51,485 nt of DNA from Perkinsus chesapeaki ATCC PRA-425 (Eukaryota > Protista > Perkinsozoa): contig JAAPAO010000219.1 of NCBI GenBank assembly GCA_013115145.1, forward strand, positions 1 through 51,485, given 5' to 3'. Below are positions 35,001 through 45,833 of the stretch, piece after piece. Position numbers and translations under genes: made by a program. The notes beneath the pieces were generated by a model. The model did no database searches, was not told the origin of the DNA, and saw nothing but the letters and a program-made list of their open reading frames with translations. The number at the start of each line of letters is the position of its first letter. The stretch's first letter is position 1.

Positions 35001-38000
35001 GATTGCCTGGGACTTGGCGAAGGCTGGACTGGCATACTCATCTCAAGATGAATGTGGATCGGATAAAGGTCTTGAATTCGTAGAGCCCCTGGTGAGTGGA
35101 ATCGAAAAGGGGGATGAGTGTGATGCTCGATGAACGTTAGGTCTCATTAGAGGCCCTGGTCAATTCTAGCGCAAACGATAAGTATCAGCGCGCGGCTGTA
35201 AAAAGGCGCGCGCATCAGTAGATAGTAGGTGAGTGTTTCAATCCAAGGTTTGGTATTAGCAAACATAGAATAGGCGGGAAGCGTGTAAGTATGGTAAAGT
35301 GTAGTCATAAGTTGGCCATCTTGAAGCCGTAGGATCAGTACGACAGAATTTGTCGGATATGGAGTTAGATTATATGAATATAACTTCAAGATTTTCTTTA
35401 GGTTGAATGAGTGACAGGTCTGTCCTGGAAGGGTCTTTAGGGTTTGATAGAACATAACCCATGGTGCTAGATCTCAGCGAGGCTGAGTTGTGAGTGATAA
35501 AATATAGGATAGCACCATGCATTTATGGAGTTTTGTATCCAGGACATCCTGTGACAATTCCACGGGCCTCGGGTTGGGGGTTTGTGGACTTGTCCTTCGC
35601 ATCACACTCATTCGACCGTATAGATATTAGGGAGAGCTTCACGTTGGAGCAACTAATTGAATGTGTTAATAATTGTTTTTGTTGTTTCAGTCTGTAACTC
35701 GCCTTACTCGAGTCGGAACTGCATGCAAGTTGCTCGCTGATAGCCTCGCGGTTTCATGTGCTCGATCTATTGCAGATCAAGAGGGAAACGTGGCCCAAGT
35801 AAATAGCGGCGAAGTTTACGATGGATCGTTGGGCAGAGATATCCAGTTTGTATATCACACCAGTTTGACACTTTTTGGCAAATGATGATTCGAGAAAGAT
35901 CGGTAACTTTGCGGAACTAGATTATTGAAGGGTGCACCATTTGACGCACCTTCGTGGATGTGTCAACGTCGGAGACCGACGAGTCTGCTGTTAAGCTCAC
36001 ATGATAGGACAATTCTCGTCTAATTCGTAAAGTGGCACTTATACCAATGAACCATTATAGACAACTCGCAAGGGCGGAGAAAGTAAAAATTCTTCGCGTG
36101 TGAGGAAAAAGGGCGTAGAAATGTGGCCGTTGTTTGGCTCTCATCAATTTACTCCACTTGCTCAGATAACTGTTTGGGGCCTCCCTCGCGCTGAGCCGTG
36201 CGCCGAAGCGAAGGTCCTCACCACGGCCAATCTGCAGCTGCCGGATGCATCAGGCTCTGGTGATGAAGTTCAAATTGTGAGAATCTTTTGCATCGCTCCG
36301 CCGAGATGATATGTGAATGGTCAGGTCGTGAATCCACTATCGGCTATGGAGTTCGTTACCATGACAAGCGATAGTATAATTATGTGGCAGCTAGCGTCAT
36401 CGGAAATCGACGAGAATGTCTGCGGCTGGGGTCTTGCCTTTAACGAAGTACCGCTGCCTGAACAACACACCAGTGAGTCCTGTGCATAGTCCCACAGGGA
36501 GTCATGCAGATTTACGGAGAAGTGATACTCGAGCATCAATAAGTGCTCCTACACTTTCTAAATACAGAATTTATACTAATAATATAATGAACTAGTTATC
36601 TATTCTATAGATTATGCTAGAAAAGTGTAACCAATAAGAAATGTCAAATGCATTCTGGTAACATCTGCTGTTCATCTGGCGTCCTGCATTAGAAGGTGTG
36701 AACCTCTTCTTCACTGTTACTGCTGAAGCATCCAATTTAACTGCTGTTATTGGTAGTGTGCAATCTATACGGGATCTCAGGCGGTTGGATGGCAATTGTG
36801 ATCCTCATGCGTTCGCACTTCTCATTTTCCCGCTCTCTCAGGTACATTATCATCCATTTCCATATCGCCGCCTCACCTCTTTATTGGTACCACCACAGGC
36901 TTTGTCATCATCATCGATTGTGACCAGTGCGAGCTCCTCACTGCCGTCAGTGTGATATCGAACAGCAAGCCACCGTCCTTCACGAAAATTGCTCCGCTCC
37001 CGATTCCTAGTAAAGCGTCAATTTTCACTTGTCTCGTTACTACTGAGGAGGATAAGCTGCAAAGTGTTGAAATATGCAAGGATCTTTTGGGCACGTGGGA
37101 AGCCAAGCTCGATCCTCACATCATTTCCTTTTCCGAGCCGATCGGGTCGATACAGTTCTACGGCTCGAGCAACGAGGGCGTAGTTGTGACCGAAGGGTCA
37201 GCTTCTACTGACTGGTTCGTTGATTGGGATAAGAGAGCACGGGCTCGGCTGCGGGCGATGGTCCCACGAAGCCCTGTGGGTCTCGACAGTCGCAACAACT
37301 TGCTGGCAGTGGCGAACACGAGAGACTTGGTGGTGTATCGTACTGACGAGCACGGAAGAATAGAAGGCCTCACTCGATACCGCGAAGCACGTTCTGAAGC
37401 AGTGACGATAAGATGCGTCGCTATAATATCCAGCGATGACCCTATCTCGGCGGTTGTGGGGCTTTCGGATGGTCGGGCACGAGTGTACAATCTGAACCCT
37501 GAGAAGGGTCAGGCTGATTACATCCAACTTGATGTCTTCCGCGAAGTTCCGCTGACGGCCGTGGCGGCTTTCTGCGGCAGAAGGGTTCTCGTTGGTAGCG
37601 GAACCGGAGTTCTGGCGTGGACGGTGGTGCCAACTGTGAACTCTCAGGCAGCGCGCCTGTCTCGTTTGGCGAGCGCGCCTGCGAAGGACGGCATCAAACC
37701 TTGTGTGATGCAGATTTCGGTTGCTCCAGGAGGCGCTACATTTTGTGCCTCCCTTTCGAGAGGGCAGCTTTGGGCCGGGTGTGTTCGCAAGCAGCCTGCT
37801 ATACGGTGCGTGATGCAGTCCACGTGGACGGTCCGCGATCTGAGAGCTTCAGTGTGTCTTTCTCAAGGAAGAGTCGCCTGCTGTTCAAGCACGTGCATAC
37901 TCCTTTATAAGATTGGAACACCTGTTCCGGTGTGGACGCAGTCGTTGGAGTTTCCCCCCTCTTTGATGGGCCGGCTAGGCTGCAGCATGATTGTAGTTGA

Positions 38001-38070
38001 TGGCGATGGCCCGAAGCTGACACCTTTTAAAGTCGAGGAGGACAAAGGGCAGCTGGCTGAGGACTTGTGA
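17100..38070 (+). CDS. WDR90: WDR90/POC16-like centriolar WD40 protein with N-terminal CFAP20-like domain; many exons; retrotransposon in one intron
   Basis: Exons match recalled WDR90 motifs in order: FWQNPFVNVMK (17100-17223); IYGSISANNYIRYP..LELTG (17734-17890); YLYIVMRTIADRCFVIHID..IRISLSN (18714-18822); VKSVQIGASLLLRGIYTSD; LCIVGKDAQRK; SIVSCGFENIRFWR..VFTDLDF; GGDGFVRVWPLDF..QAK|gt (~23870); ag|LPAPVYGLDLTPDD (30643); RSHKSKIR..CDGSVRVWE; LAVGFASGAVMLF; final WD40 exon to 38070. 3' end uncertain. Confidence 0.88.
17496..17637. repeat. 36-bp tandem repeat, ~4 copies, WDR90 intron 1
   Basis: Unit ~ctttcgaagatatgttctcgcactggaaagattctc. Confidence 0.9.
19084..19241. repeat. 48-bp tandem repeat, ~3.3 copies, each with an 18-bp perfect palindrome
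   Basis: Unit agcagcaagaatcacaactttatctacaTTAGTACTCGAGTACTAAgc. Confidence 0.95.
21205..21295. repeat. Intronic imperfect inverted repeat plus abutting palindrome
   Basis: atgagtgcgcccttttttatcgagaact / agttctcaataaaaaggtagaggtactcat, followed by agctttat-g-ataaagct. Confidence 0.7.
23999..24192 (-). repeat. 3' LTR (194 bp)
   Basis: Direct repeat of 30357-30550 with 1 mismatch (gtatcTtggcg vs gtatcCtggcg); TG...CA ends. Confidence 0.97.
24193..24201 (-). other. Polypurine tract AGGGGGGCG abutting the 3' LTR and overlapping the pol stop
   Basis: Minus strand reads ccgTAGGGGGGCG|TGTTATGG. Confidence 0.8.
24200..28936 (-). CDS. pol: Pol: protease, RT, RNase H, integrase, SH3-like (DUF5641-like) and Tudor-like C-terminal domains; reached by -1 frameshift
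   Basis: IVDTGAS; GGPSLYHIL..ADIKSAF..RVSFG..YFDD; CSDAS..RRELR..RSDN..HADALSR; H-x4-H..C-x2-C; TADV..WVD-x35-E (APWTGSHERHH). No stops in 1538 codons; the frame is open back to the slippery site. Confidence 0.95.
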   Translation of the reverse strand, partial: KKLSRPCEPVGSSHEGPSEPTRYISSSCSSTLSTAVSQALVTVPSKGSACSHYSDEPRAGIDFPGVPDDALCLGSSPSGVQQQRPLSEVSLDLCLTQGSHTLLVTGIVDTGASASYLVSTSPLDHLPFDSSSAPNPAKVQLADGRCIQVHNLFQLAVSVRDISSHEWFGNIEHTFRFLPLQSGASSSNDVRPKPYCLVGRDLIDQWQILCKGVSGAWIADRQVYGMLQKGVLSRPTGASLRTLSDDDTEGLFYNADVSTKKVDSSDFSVISPAPVLADSVRVKLPSHTEAELHALWRSIASRGWLDVSCSGSYHTRVRPLLPAERLDVPNQTYVAELWLPKLTVPRVAVSDYAGAMYRRLSAALKQSYSELVSDFVAKGFWVAAPFSNSSAPPCRIPVANVFLVSSGANPSQPVKSRLCDLRPINSALPSASLHGGPSLYHILCSIRLVAPCALITADIKSAFYSVRICAESGTAYITMKTANGTYITTRVSFGIGAGPLALRGTLGVGVAGYRDSDTATDSWLHDYFDDLVLAGMPVAVARDLCQLLYFLALAGFLSQEKKLAVATAAVDVKSMQAVFTEYNVDAIVGDTITIFNVAFSYVTKAGRTLLTTDCRRALRVGRALDFFQKDSPLSQKLTKKDYFGVSGLLSFDCAKLHARARLLADVLRSVIGGYFADIGWDVPCDLAVLDADIRLAYLEILRWGQEICKLEAQPCSHDVAVRRVMSGPILLEVCSDASLFGGGYAIYSDGELIYEDAVRFTRSQTLHSSNRRELRVCLLALRKVAEISEYCCKSACKRRRGVSVDVCFRSDNRPSLAWIRSGSLKLQSSKVLERRALFRLVDSIGSELNVIRKHGTLSLEFIPGSSNVHADALSRLLDRPVTDAADRCLGEVLIPRKGGDVLDTREILEDQCCAIFDAERQLPGSPSPEDIFLGDDPNVDDADLLQLVSDSCCLLRDDDDEDMPECRNGLSSLFTIDDHCRSTSILSMTMMTAGTIFSARDSIGRVSSDVRRVSGTEHCDPEPIIEGIARNCYDLESALWRVRLIRLLLKAWRAVARGESATLEADFVFGETGCYDRCNIAIAARSAQKCMLSSTGATASYLGDCKPQDGGPLHLLCSRDCPEVYVFRGGLPSGEAILSFYIPRSATILRRLIILDAHRRSLHSGLSGTLAAINHFHLTAIVSATRDVIGGCIACRLAYAVRGWHSPPGLGNGDLTTEEMSKYPPYTFATADVIALGEGIKAVSVQCRFTRHCIWRDLPSGVETTANVISTLARIQVITGGMKILWVDCASYFRSREFRESSWSKLCAEVRLLSRHAPWTGSHERHHRTMLNYLRNLTRNSAGRVRLLSPVDRETLYDRVALTHNTMPLGGYVVSGPELRYLCPDLLAYGHVRTLGASAAVKLEVPQLPYRVCRQARQVYLSEVWSRIKKANANVHPRLRAGYGDLDPGSTVLVYIPTPRKLALPFVIAHVVQRLNNRVEVVHPTGARTVEHSYNVVPLSRHPSDYTPREQGPSLVGLRLRVWIVDTEGRGDWYEGEVADQCGLMEVLIRWSNGEPEEWIDLTTENWCPLTCDGDVSP
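28888..28936 (-). promoter_or_regulatory. -1 programmed ribosomal frameshift signal (A AAA AAC + 6-nt spacer + stem-loop)
   Basis: Gag codons TCA AAA AAC (28936-28930); the -1 frame is open into pol. Downstream GGCCGTGCGAGC-loop-GCTCTCACGAAGGCC. Confidence 0.85.
28906..30357 (-). CDS. gag: Gag (483 aa from ATG 30357): coiled coil, capsid-like core, C-terminal RRM-like domain, no CCHC
   Basis: Intact ORF between the 5' LTR and pol; helical core (HFKRVEQLF..WDRVKSVLLDKF); YVLFVTG..RYALLAF. Confidence 0.9.
   Translation of the reverse strand: MVTAVDIQNAPDRESLAKLRATVRGSRTRKMKELVEIRNRTRSLNFDDEDGINDSDLADLYSKEEKLEYDIEALAKLADQATCRISELAKESFIPPPVTSTSPVDGGLSTLVTALTSALHKPPDLRARIADINGLSVASKALKDPFLLPTHFKRVEQLFVASGFAKFVDGKFTPDTDLEGHLVEKLIDTLTDNDGVIAEANATVDEAGGDWDRVKSVLLDKFSRPDNVRRELRRRTGKLAFRGALSFDSFVADVRQLRILANSVCHADSQSTPRSANNVHFINSVLRCLPSDVYADLVKQVTQTARLLKPESISKEWQLRLPFDGKANEVTILSILGDICQSLTVVSDARKPSRFPDREAGSKDIRDRLLYTSDSGNTNVKKEYRGVMDWARQQPYVLFVTGPGVEKLEKAPANSAGLGAASEVKYMTSRRGQRYALLAFATRSAGETAATDCFTDRKLYSRVKQFDADYNRESKNSRGRASQ
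30344..30356 (-). other. Primer binding site TGGTGACAGCTGT (tRNA-Leu-like)
   Basis: Directly follows the LTR-terminal CA. Complementary to a tRNA 3' end ..ACAGCUGUCACCA, recalled as typical of some eukaryotic tRNA-Leu. Confidence 0.75.
30357..30550 (-). repeat. 5' LTR (194 bp)
   Basis: 193/194 identical to 23999-24192. Confidence 0.97.
32187..32244. repeat. ~15-bp degenerate tandem repeat (actgtattgccattg), intronic
   Basis: Four actgtattgc cores. Confidence 0.7.
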
Positions 38071-38149
38071 GTTCGTGTATCAGCTGCCTTATAGTGATAT
38101 TTAAGCAGGTATATTCCCGTGCCTTGGTCGCTTCCTATGGGGATAAGTC

Positions 38150-41100
38150 AGGCCGGCGAGGGTGAGACAAGCTGTTGGCTCGCTCACGACGGAGCTGTTA
38201 TCGAGATAGGCGTGCCTCAGCGAAATGCGCGCTAGTTCCATGGAACGAATTCAAACAGTATTGGTTTTGATATTTTAGTTGCGTTGAGTATGATGCATGA
38301 GGATGAAGGCAAGGCATTCTCCCTCATATGTAGACACACTTGAAAATGATAACGTAGGAAATGTGACCAGTGGTGTTGACACTAAGCATCACTCGAAGCT
38401 CCCTGCGATTCTGGGGCGATTTCGTAATTCTTGTCCGGCGGCATTCGCGAGACTATTTACACGAACTTCTGTCATGGCCGCCCGTCAGTGAGCCACTGGC
38501 ACTGAATAGTGAGGGAACGAACTAATCGAAGAAGTGCTTCATCTTCTACCTCTCTGCACACGAACCATTCCAACCTGATGGGATACAGAGCCACGTTGAG
38601 CTACTTCTCAAACTTGAATCCAGTGTAGCTTAAATTGACGTATCTCTTGCCACCAAATTGAGAACTAATGACGATAGAGACTTCCCAGTGTTCTGAGGAA
38701 GTAAATGGCACAGCTTTAAAAAGTGAGCGAGACACAAACCCAACGAATGAGACACATACAACATGTCCGTTCCCAAGATACCGTCATCGGGAGCGGAAGC
38801 AACGACCGAAGAGACCGCAAGCTGGTAAGGCAGCACTTCCGTGTAGTTATGACAGGTGTCGAAGACAAAGATAGCCATAGATCTCTTCAAGCCCATGCCT
38901 GGCCCATGCCTGGGTGACATAAATTCCTAGACTGGAAGGCCCATAGTCGGTCCTCCATCGTTTTGCCTCTGTCTAAGCGGGCGTCAAAGAGTCGAGATGA
39001 TCTCGCAAGGCTCTAGTGAGGAATGACTTGTCGAAAAGTGTCATCACCGTACAACACTACGCGCGATCTAAAGTAAAGACTAGATTATTACTTACAATAC
39101 AGACTGAGTATTTGTACTAGATGGTACCTAGAATCTCGATTCAAGATATATATTTAAAGGGCAAGAGTCTCCTTTAGGTATTTGAGGAGTTGCTCGAGAG
39201 CTCAGCGAAGAACGTTAGCCATATCCTCACTGAATGTCTTCGCACACAAAGCTCGACTACGTGCTGTTTACCGATTAACTTCACGAGGTGATGCATTTAT
39301 TCTTAGGATGCGGGCCTTTGTGGCAAGTAGAGGAGAATTAGAGCCATTCAGGTATCCCATGGATGCCCTGTATCAGGAGATCCTTGAGCCTTCGAGTAGA
39401 AAAGTCGTACTGGAAGCAATGCTTTCGAATAGTGACGAGAGGTAACGAAGCGTACTTGTGCCACGCTTGAGGCTATGTCGCTTATGCTTGAGACTGACTG
39501 ATTGGCAGGCGAGTCTTCCTTGTAGTGTGAGCTGGTCAGATTACTAGTCATCATGGAGTTGGTAGACAACTGTGTATTGGGACTGCGCACTTGCATAGAC
39601 TTTCTCATGGACACTAGCAGGCAGAACGCGAAGTCGCTTGGTACCGGCCAGAACCTACTGACAACAGATATGTGTGAGCAATCGATAAGTTCTCTTGCGA
39701 TACTTCTGTCCACTTCCGTTATAGACTTAGCTAAGCGAATGCAATACATTACTCATAGCGGCATCATCTGAGCTCTGCTTTTACGTACCATCCATTTTGC
39801 GACTCTGTTCAATTATCAGCAACCCCTTTAATGAGAATACGGCGATTAACTTATTCAATCAAAGAAGCACATCGAACACTGCGTGGCAATATACAAGTTC
39901 CCCCTCCCGTGGGCACCTTACCACCAGACAGCCCAGAGGTACATAATTCTTCGTGAGAATCTAACCGAGTCCTAAAGAGTACTTTCAGACTACCGTTTGT
40001 TCCGATTACTCCAAGTTTAAATCGTACGGTTCTCTCCGCCAGTCACAGTCAGCGTGAGCTTCATCCTGGTGACCCGTTGAAAATCCGAGCTCGAATAGGT
40101 CCACATTAATAAGCCCCGGCGATCTTCGTGAGTTTTGGCTCAGCAACTTCGGAAGTGACACCTTCATCGTTACTTCTGATTCTTTCATCAACGCGGTGCG
40201 CAGATGGTCGGTAAACACAGCGGGTGTTGGGTCGTCTCCATGCTTCGCATCTCATGTGACACAAAATGTGTCCCCTGGGGTCATTCACATATTGGACAGA
40301 CCTCAACTAGTATATGGTTAATAGGTTTAAAGCTGACCCGGCTCCCAAAGTCATCTCGGACTTTCTTACTCTCCTTTGTGGAGCTAACGACCGTGACGGA
40401 GTAATCAGCATCCCTCTGCGATACGACAGGCTTCTGTTTCAGGTTCGCTCTTCAGTGAGCATCGCTGATGTGGTGAGTTGGACTCAACGAGCATGATTCG
40501 GCTAACTTGCTGGATTCCCCGATTGGGGCCATCTTCGTCGTCATTAAATTCGTCTGTTTTTTATTGCACCAAGACACCGCGAGACGCGCCCGCGTCGTTC
40601 ATCGTATTCCCATCAATTAAAGACGGACTGGGGCAGTCTGACAACAATATTTCAACTGAGCCTATTTCTTCAAGAATGCTACTGATTTTCTAGCCAGAAC
40701 AGGATACCTTCCCGCTGACGTGTGATTCTAACATTTCAGGTCCCCTTATGCTGCGTTTCCAGCCTCTGGCAACTTTTCTCCTTCGTCTACAGCTGGCACT
40801 CTCTTGCTTGCGAATACTTTGTCGAAGAAGGAAAGTCACTCCTGCCAGCAATAGCACTCAAGTTGAGCGGCTCATCACACCTTAAACGGTAGCGAACGGA
40901 GTCTCAAAAATATGAGCCACTTTCCACAGACACACTCTCGCTAGCTGCTTGGTGGCTTGCAAGGTTAAAGCTTGTTCCTTGACGCTCCGCGGGTGAGTAG
41001 CACAAGTTGTGCTGCACAACTGGGACACATCGTGAAGAAGCTTCCCGCGTCAAGATGCTGACTGTCTCACCGCTCCCGGCTTGCTCCAACTGCTCTGCCG

Positions 41101-41400
41101 CTTACATTCAGATGCAGTTTCGATCGTTTTATCGCAAACAAGCAGTTTTTCATGGCACTCCTATGTTGCGGGATGAAGCTATTCGCCGTTTGTGGTGAAG
41201 GTGAGCTCGACCATCTCTTTGCCAACGGGCGCTTGCAGGAAGACCGAATATTCTGCCGAATCGCCAAATGGGGTTTATCAGGCTCAATACTGGTTGAATT
41301 CTGCAACTCATTGGCTCCACGAGCGATCGCGGGCCGCGAAGATATGACAGGGTTCCTTTCGGAGCATATGCGTGAATTGTTGGGTCATGTTAACGGTGAG
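38150..41400 (+). CDS. Uncharacterised spliced coding region (separate gene or WDR90 C-terminal extension)
   Basis: Open segments bounded by plus-strand splice signals, e.g. ttag|VFEELLESSAKNV (39178), EAMLSNSDE|gtaacg, MELVDNCVLGLRTCIDFL, FFMALLCCGMKLFAVCGE|gtgag. No family recognised. Confidence 0.4.
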
Positions 41401-41713
41401 CCCCTGTCACATCACACTCTGTTAACTCTAACCGTCAATACCAATAGAATGCGCGGTGCGCATTGCGCGCCAATGAAATACCTACTATACGTGTTTCATT
41501 GCCGCGCATTATGAGGTTCAGTACGCGACGTACTATGCATCAGGCGTAACATGGAACAGGCGCATTGTTTTCTCCAAATTGGAGACTCCAATCCCCACGA
41601 ACGTTGAGATTTTCGTCTACCATATCACTCTGAAGTTCTGCGCCAGACCAACGTGCGTGAGGGAAGAAACGACCTTAAACGAGACATGGACGCGAGTGTT
41701 GGAGCCCAAAGCT

Positions 41714-44570
41714 GCTATGCTGACTCCTAAGCCTCTTGTATGGTTGATCTGCCATCTTCCATCGGCATTGCGGCTCTGACTAGCAGCTCGGAATGCTACA
41801 AGTGCGAGAACAGATCTGATCGATTCTGGGGTTCATCTCAACCAGTGACACACGATATAAAAACTCAATCACACAAACCATCGCGATCAAACCCTCCGTG
41901 CTTACGTTACGTACCTGCCATCAGGCCGAGACATTCGCTGTTCGAGTATTCAGACGGACCACGAGTCAGGCCATCCGACACATGCTAATCATTCAGACTC
42001 AATCGAAGTGAGCATCGTAATCACATCGTACGGGTCTTCACGTGTAGTAGGCGATCTATCCGAGCGAAGTAACAGTTATTGATATGATGAAACCTATCTC
42101 TCGCCTGAGTAATAAAGAACCGTTGAAGAACTTGATGGGAGTTTTCACAACGGTCCAAAAACACAAGTAACCATTCAGTGCATCAGATAACTCAGCTCAG
42201 CCCCGTCATCTTATGTCGGACGCATTTCGGAACGAAATCTTACACTGTCCTCGTTCGGAAAAATTAGCCATGAAGTCGTAATGAATAATACGGGATTTTC
42301 GTGTAATTCCAACAGCAAACATTGATTTGAGATCACATGTTGTAAAGTATGTCATAGGGAAAGACTCTGTTCTCAGTCGGTATGAAGCAAAAGCTCTCCT
42401 GCAGCAACTGCTGATGGTTATTAGTGAAGTGAGAATGCCATATTATATACCCACAGGCTGTGGGCCACAGCTTTAGTAATTTACTTCAGTACGAAGACGC
42501 GCAGACTCAAAGAATGCAACAGCTGAAGGGAAACAAGCACGGTCCCGCATGGTAGGTCACCTCCTAGGACTTAGTCAATGTTGACTGGTGATCCGCTGTC
42601 TTGGCGGCGCCTTGAAATCTGAGTGCCGCATCTTCGTAAGCATCGAGCAGTTGCGACCGAAATTGAGCGCTCCGATTCTTACGTAAGTTGCACAATGCAA
42701 CGAATCCCTCGTAGGGAAGAGGGACAGGAGAATACTAACCGCGTGAAACAACTGGAGGCAGTTCATGGGCATTTACGCTGCCAATTGGCAGAGGCCGAGG
42801 AAAGCCTATCTCAGGATAATGAGCAGGTTCAAGTAGGCAGTTTATATTGCAATTCATCGCAAAGTGTGGGAGTGAGCAACTATCCGTGCATCATATAGAT
42901 TCTCGGAATCAAGCGCTTATTGCACGAGATGAGCGCAGCTGATGAAGAGCTGCGCGAGGCAGTGCAACTTGGCAACAAGAAGAGAGCAACATGGGTTGAA
43001 CAAGAAGCAATTTACCAAGCAGAGCAGGATGCCAAAGTTAAAGTAGGCTTGATTCAAGTAAACAGTGTGCCGGACATTACTTGGATAGGCATTGGCCGAG
43101 ATATGTATCATATTGGAAATCGAGAGGAATTGGCTCTCGAATGTTGACGGACTTGCACGGCTTCGATTCCAGGCATCGGCTTTGGAGTGAGCCACTTTTT
43201 GTTCCAGTGACCCCACTACGGCTGACGTTATTTCGCTTTGCGGAGCTTCTGTTTCGGCCAGTGGTGCACATGTCTCGTAATCTGTAAATGCTGCCAAGGT
43301 CATTAATGTGTGACATCGAAGTGATTCTGAATGAAGAGAGAATATCGAACAAGATGGCAGAAACAAAAACTAAGGAACGGATAGAATTAAATGAGCGATT
43401 GTTGCGCGAAATCAAGAGTAAGCGCTCATGTCAATTGCTTGGCCATTCATCCCGAACTGTATACGTTACATGTTATTGTGCACTCAGAAGCACATTATGA
43501 AGTGCAGATAGACGGTCCGCACTTGACTCGGAGTCCGAGTCTCGGACGTATCGAATTCAAACGCTCGAATTTTCATAGGCTCACTAGCATACCATACACA
43601 CGAGCTGATGAGCGTTAAGTCCGAGCTCGTATCAGCTCAAAGCAATCTTCTCGACATCCAAGTAGTGAATGAGCTGGACGCATCTAAGCGACGCATACAG
43701 CAAGAGGTGTGAAGTGTATTGTAAGCTTCGCCATGAGCCATTCCGATGCAGATTGTTCGAGCAGAGAGCAGGTTGATTGCTTTACAGGAAAGATATGAAC
43801 GAGACAAGCAACGAAAGTGGACGCCACTTGGCAATCGCTGAGCATGTCGAATCTGATGGTAGCACATCCATTGTTCCAGACAAGTGCCGCGTTTGTGGCG
43901 ATGGAAGATACTTCGACCGTTACTGAGCCTCTGTATAACAGCTGGATTATCCAACTTAACAATGAAAAATGTACCCAACTTGGATACATTTTGTATTGTT
44001 AAGGAACTGCTGCCAGCAGTCTGCTGGTTGGATGCGTCCGTGCTACTGCTACTTGATGCGACGTAACGTGCTACTGTAACGGATAGTAGCACTATTCGGA
44101 AATGAATAGTGCAGATAGTGAAACAACATATGCACGTCAATATACAATGGGATTTCGTGTATAAAACCTCATCAGTATGTGCAACGCTCCCGGAGGAAGG
44201 GGTTCACTCGCCAGGCCCAGGGAGACCCAGATTGATTCAGTCTGTAGCATCTAACCTATGCAGGTGATGTTCGATGCCTCATCGTACCTAAGGTATGGTA
44301 CCTTCTCTAACTATCGCATTTACGGAGTTCATTAGTAAGGGCTCACCTTAGCCACACGAACCTTGGATTTACTGGGTGCTAGAGTTAGGCCCCAAGAGCC
44401 TGGCTGTCGGGTTCTATCGTCACGTCTCTGAGTGGTTTGTTTTGAAACTACACTGAGTAGTGTAGTGTAAGTGTACTACACTTCACTCAGCGAATCTGAA
44501 TCCTCGGATGTGCAATGAGAGAATGACAAAGGAGGACATCCACACAGCTTTTTTTCCACCTTTTCGTGAA
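41714..44570 (+). repeat. Copy A of a degenerate direct duplication with decayed coiled-coil coding remnants
   Basis: Colinear with 48627-51254, roughly 80% by eye. Fragments HRAVATEIERSDSYV..QLAEAEESLSQD and EELREAVQLGNKKRATWVEQE, with stops and indels. Confidence 0.85.
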
Positions 44571-45833
44571 TTTCGGGACTTGAAGCAAACGTTCATGTGT
44601 TGCGGAAGCTTGTGCGATAGTATTACTGTTCCAGTACGCTTTTTTTTATAGAAAACTTGTACTATGCGTTGAACTAACCGAATTTATGCCTCAAATAGCC
44701 GACTAACAGACCTCTGATAGCAAAATCGTATGTTCAACTTCTTGGGCTAAGTCGCTGATGGTTAACGGAATGAGTACGCGAGTGTAGTGTTTGTGAAATC
44801 CCGACAAAACTGGCGGGGAGACAATTGACATGAGCATGACCAACACAACACACAAGGGATACGCTAAAATTGTGTCACCTGAAGAATAAGGTTATGGCAC
44901 ACTCTACGATAAACCAGAGCCATTTCTTTCCAAAGCGGCTTATTCGCACGGCTCGTACCGAGCTGAACGAACAACGCCGGGAATATGTCTTCGGTTTTCG
45001 GCATAGAGTCCTGAGTACGGCAATGCTCTTGATGGTAACTGGGTACCATACCATAGTGCTGGCCGATTCGCAAGTCGAGAGTCGAGTAATGTCCGCCTGC
45101 CTATCAGACTTGCCATATAATGGCATTATCTCTGTACCAAGTAACTATCAAGTGCATGGTAACCGAATCCCGACCCGATCACATGATGTGATCTACATCA
45201 AGATTATCCGGTAGGATGATAATCGGTCTTCGGGTTTCAGGTTGCTCCTGCAAACCCCGAATTCGATGGGATTTTACACAACCTGGAGGATCAGTTTCTG
45301 ACTTCAATTATTTTTCATTGTAGCGTCTTTTTAGGAACATCCGAATGATATATCCATACTCCTTCGGGAGCTTATGCTGTAGTCTGTAATGTGAGTCTCC
45401 TCATCCCAAGTACGGCTGCTTATATATAAGCTATTTCAACACAAAAGCGCGTGGGTCAATGAATGAAGACAGACACATCATTCATATAATATAAATAGAG
45501 ACAGACAATGAATAAAACTTGTTTCACCGAGCCAGTCTTCACCAGAGCTCCTGTAGAAGTGGTGACAGTATACCACTGGCAACAACTAATTGAATTCTGC
45601 CAGAGATTCATGTCAACAACGAGTCTGTGGACTTCGCACAACGTGGAGCACGACGAGCGAAACACAGTGTCCCGATTGGGGAGTCCACATGATGGGTCGT
45701 ACATCACAGCTGCTGCTTCTCATCCTTGTAACAGCCGAGTGTTGTTGAAAGGAAATCCGAATGATGTCTAGCATCGTAGGTGAGCAGAGAACACTTGCTG
45801 GTATAAGTATTGACATAAAAGGTGACTGCGGTT

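Noticed and set aside
43875-43920. CRVCGDG resembling a nuclear-receptor zinc finger
   Set aside because: The frame stops within a few codons and no second Cys pair follows.
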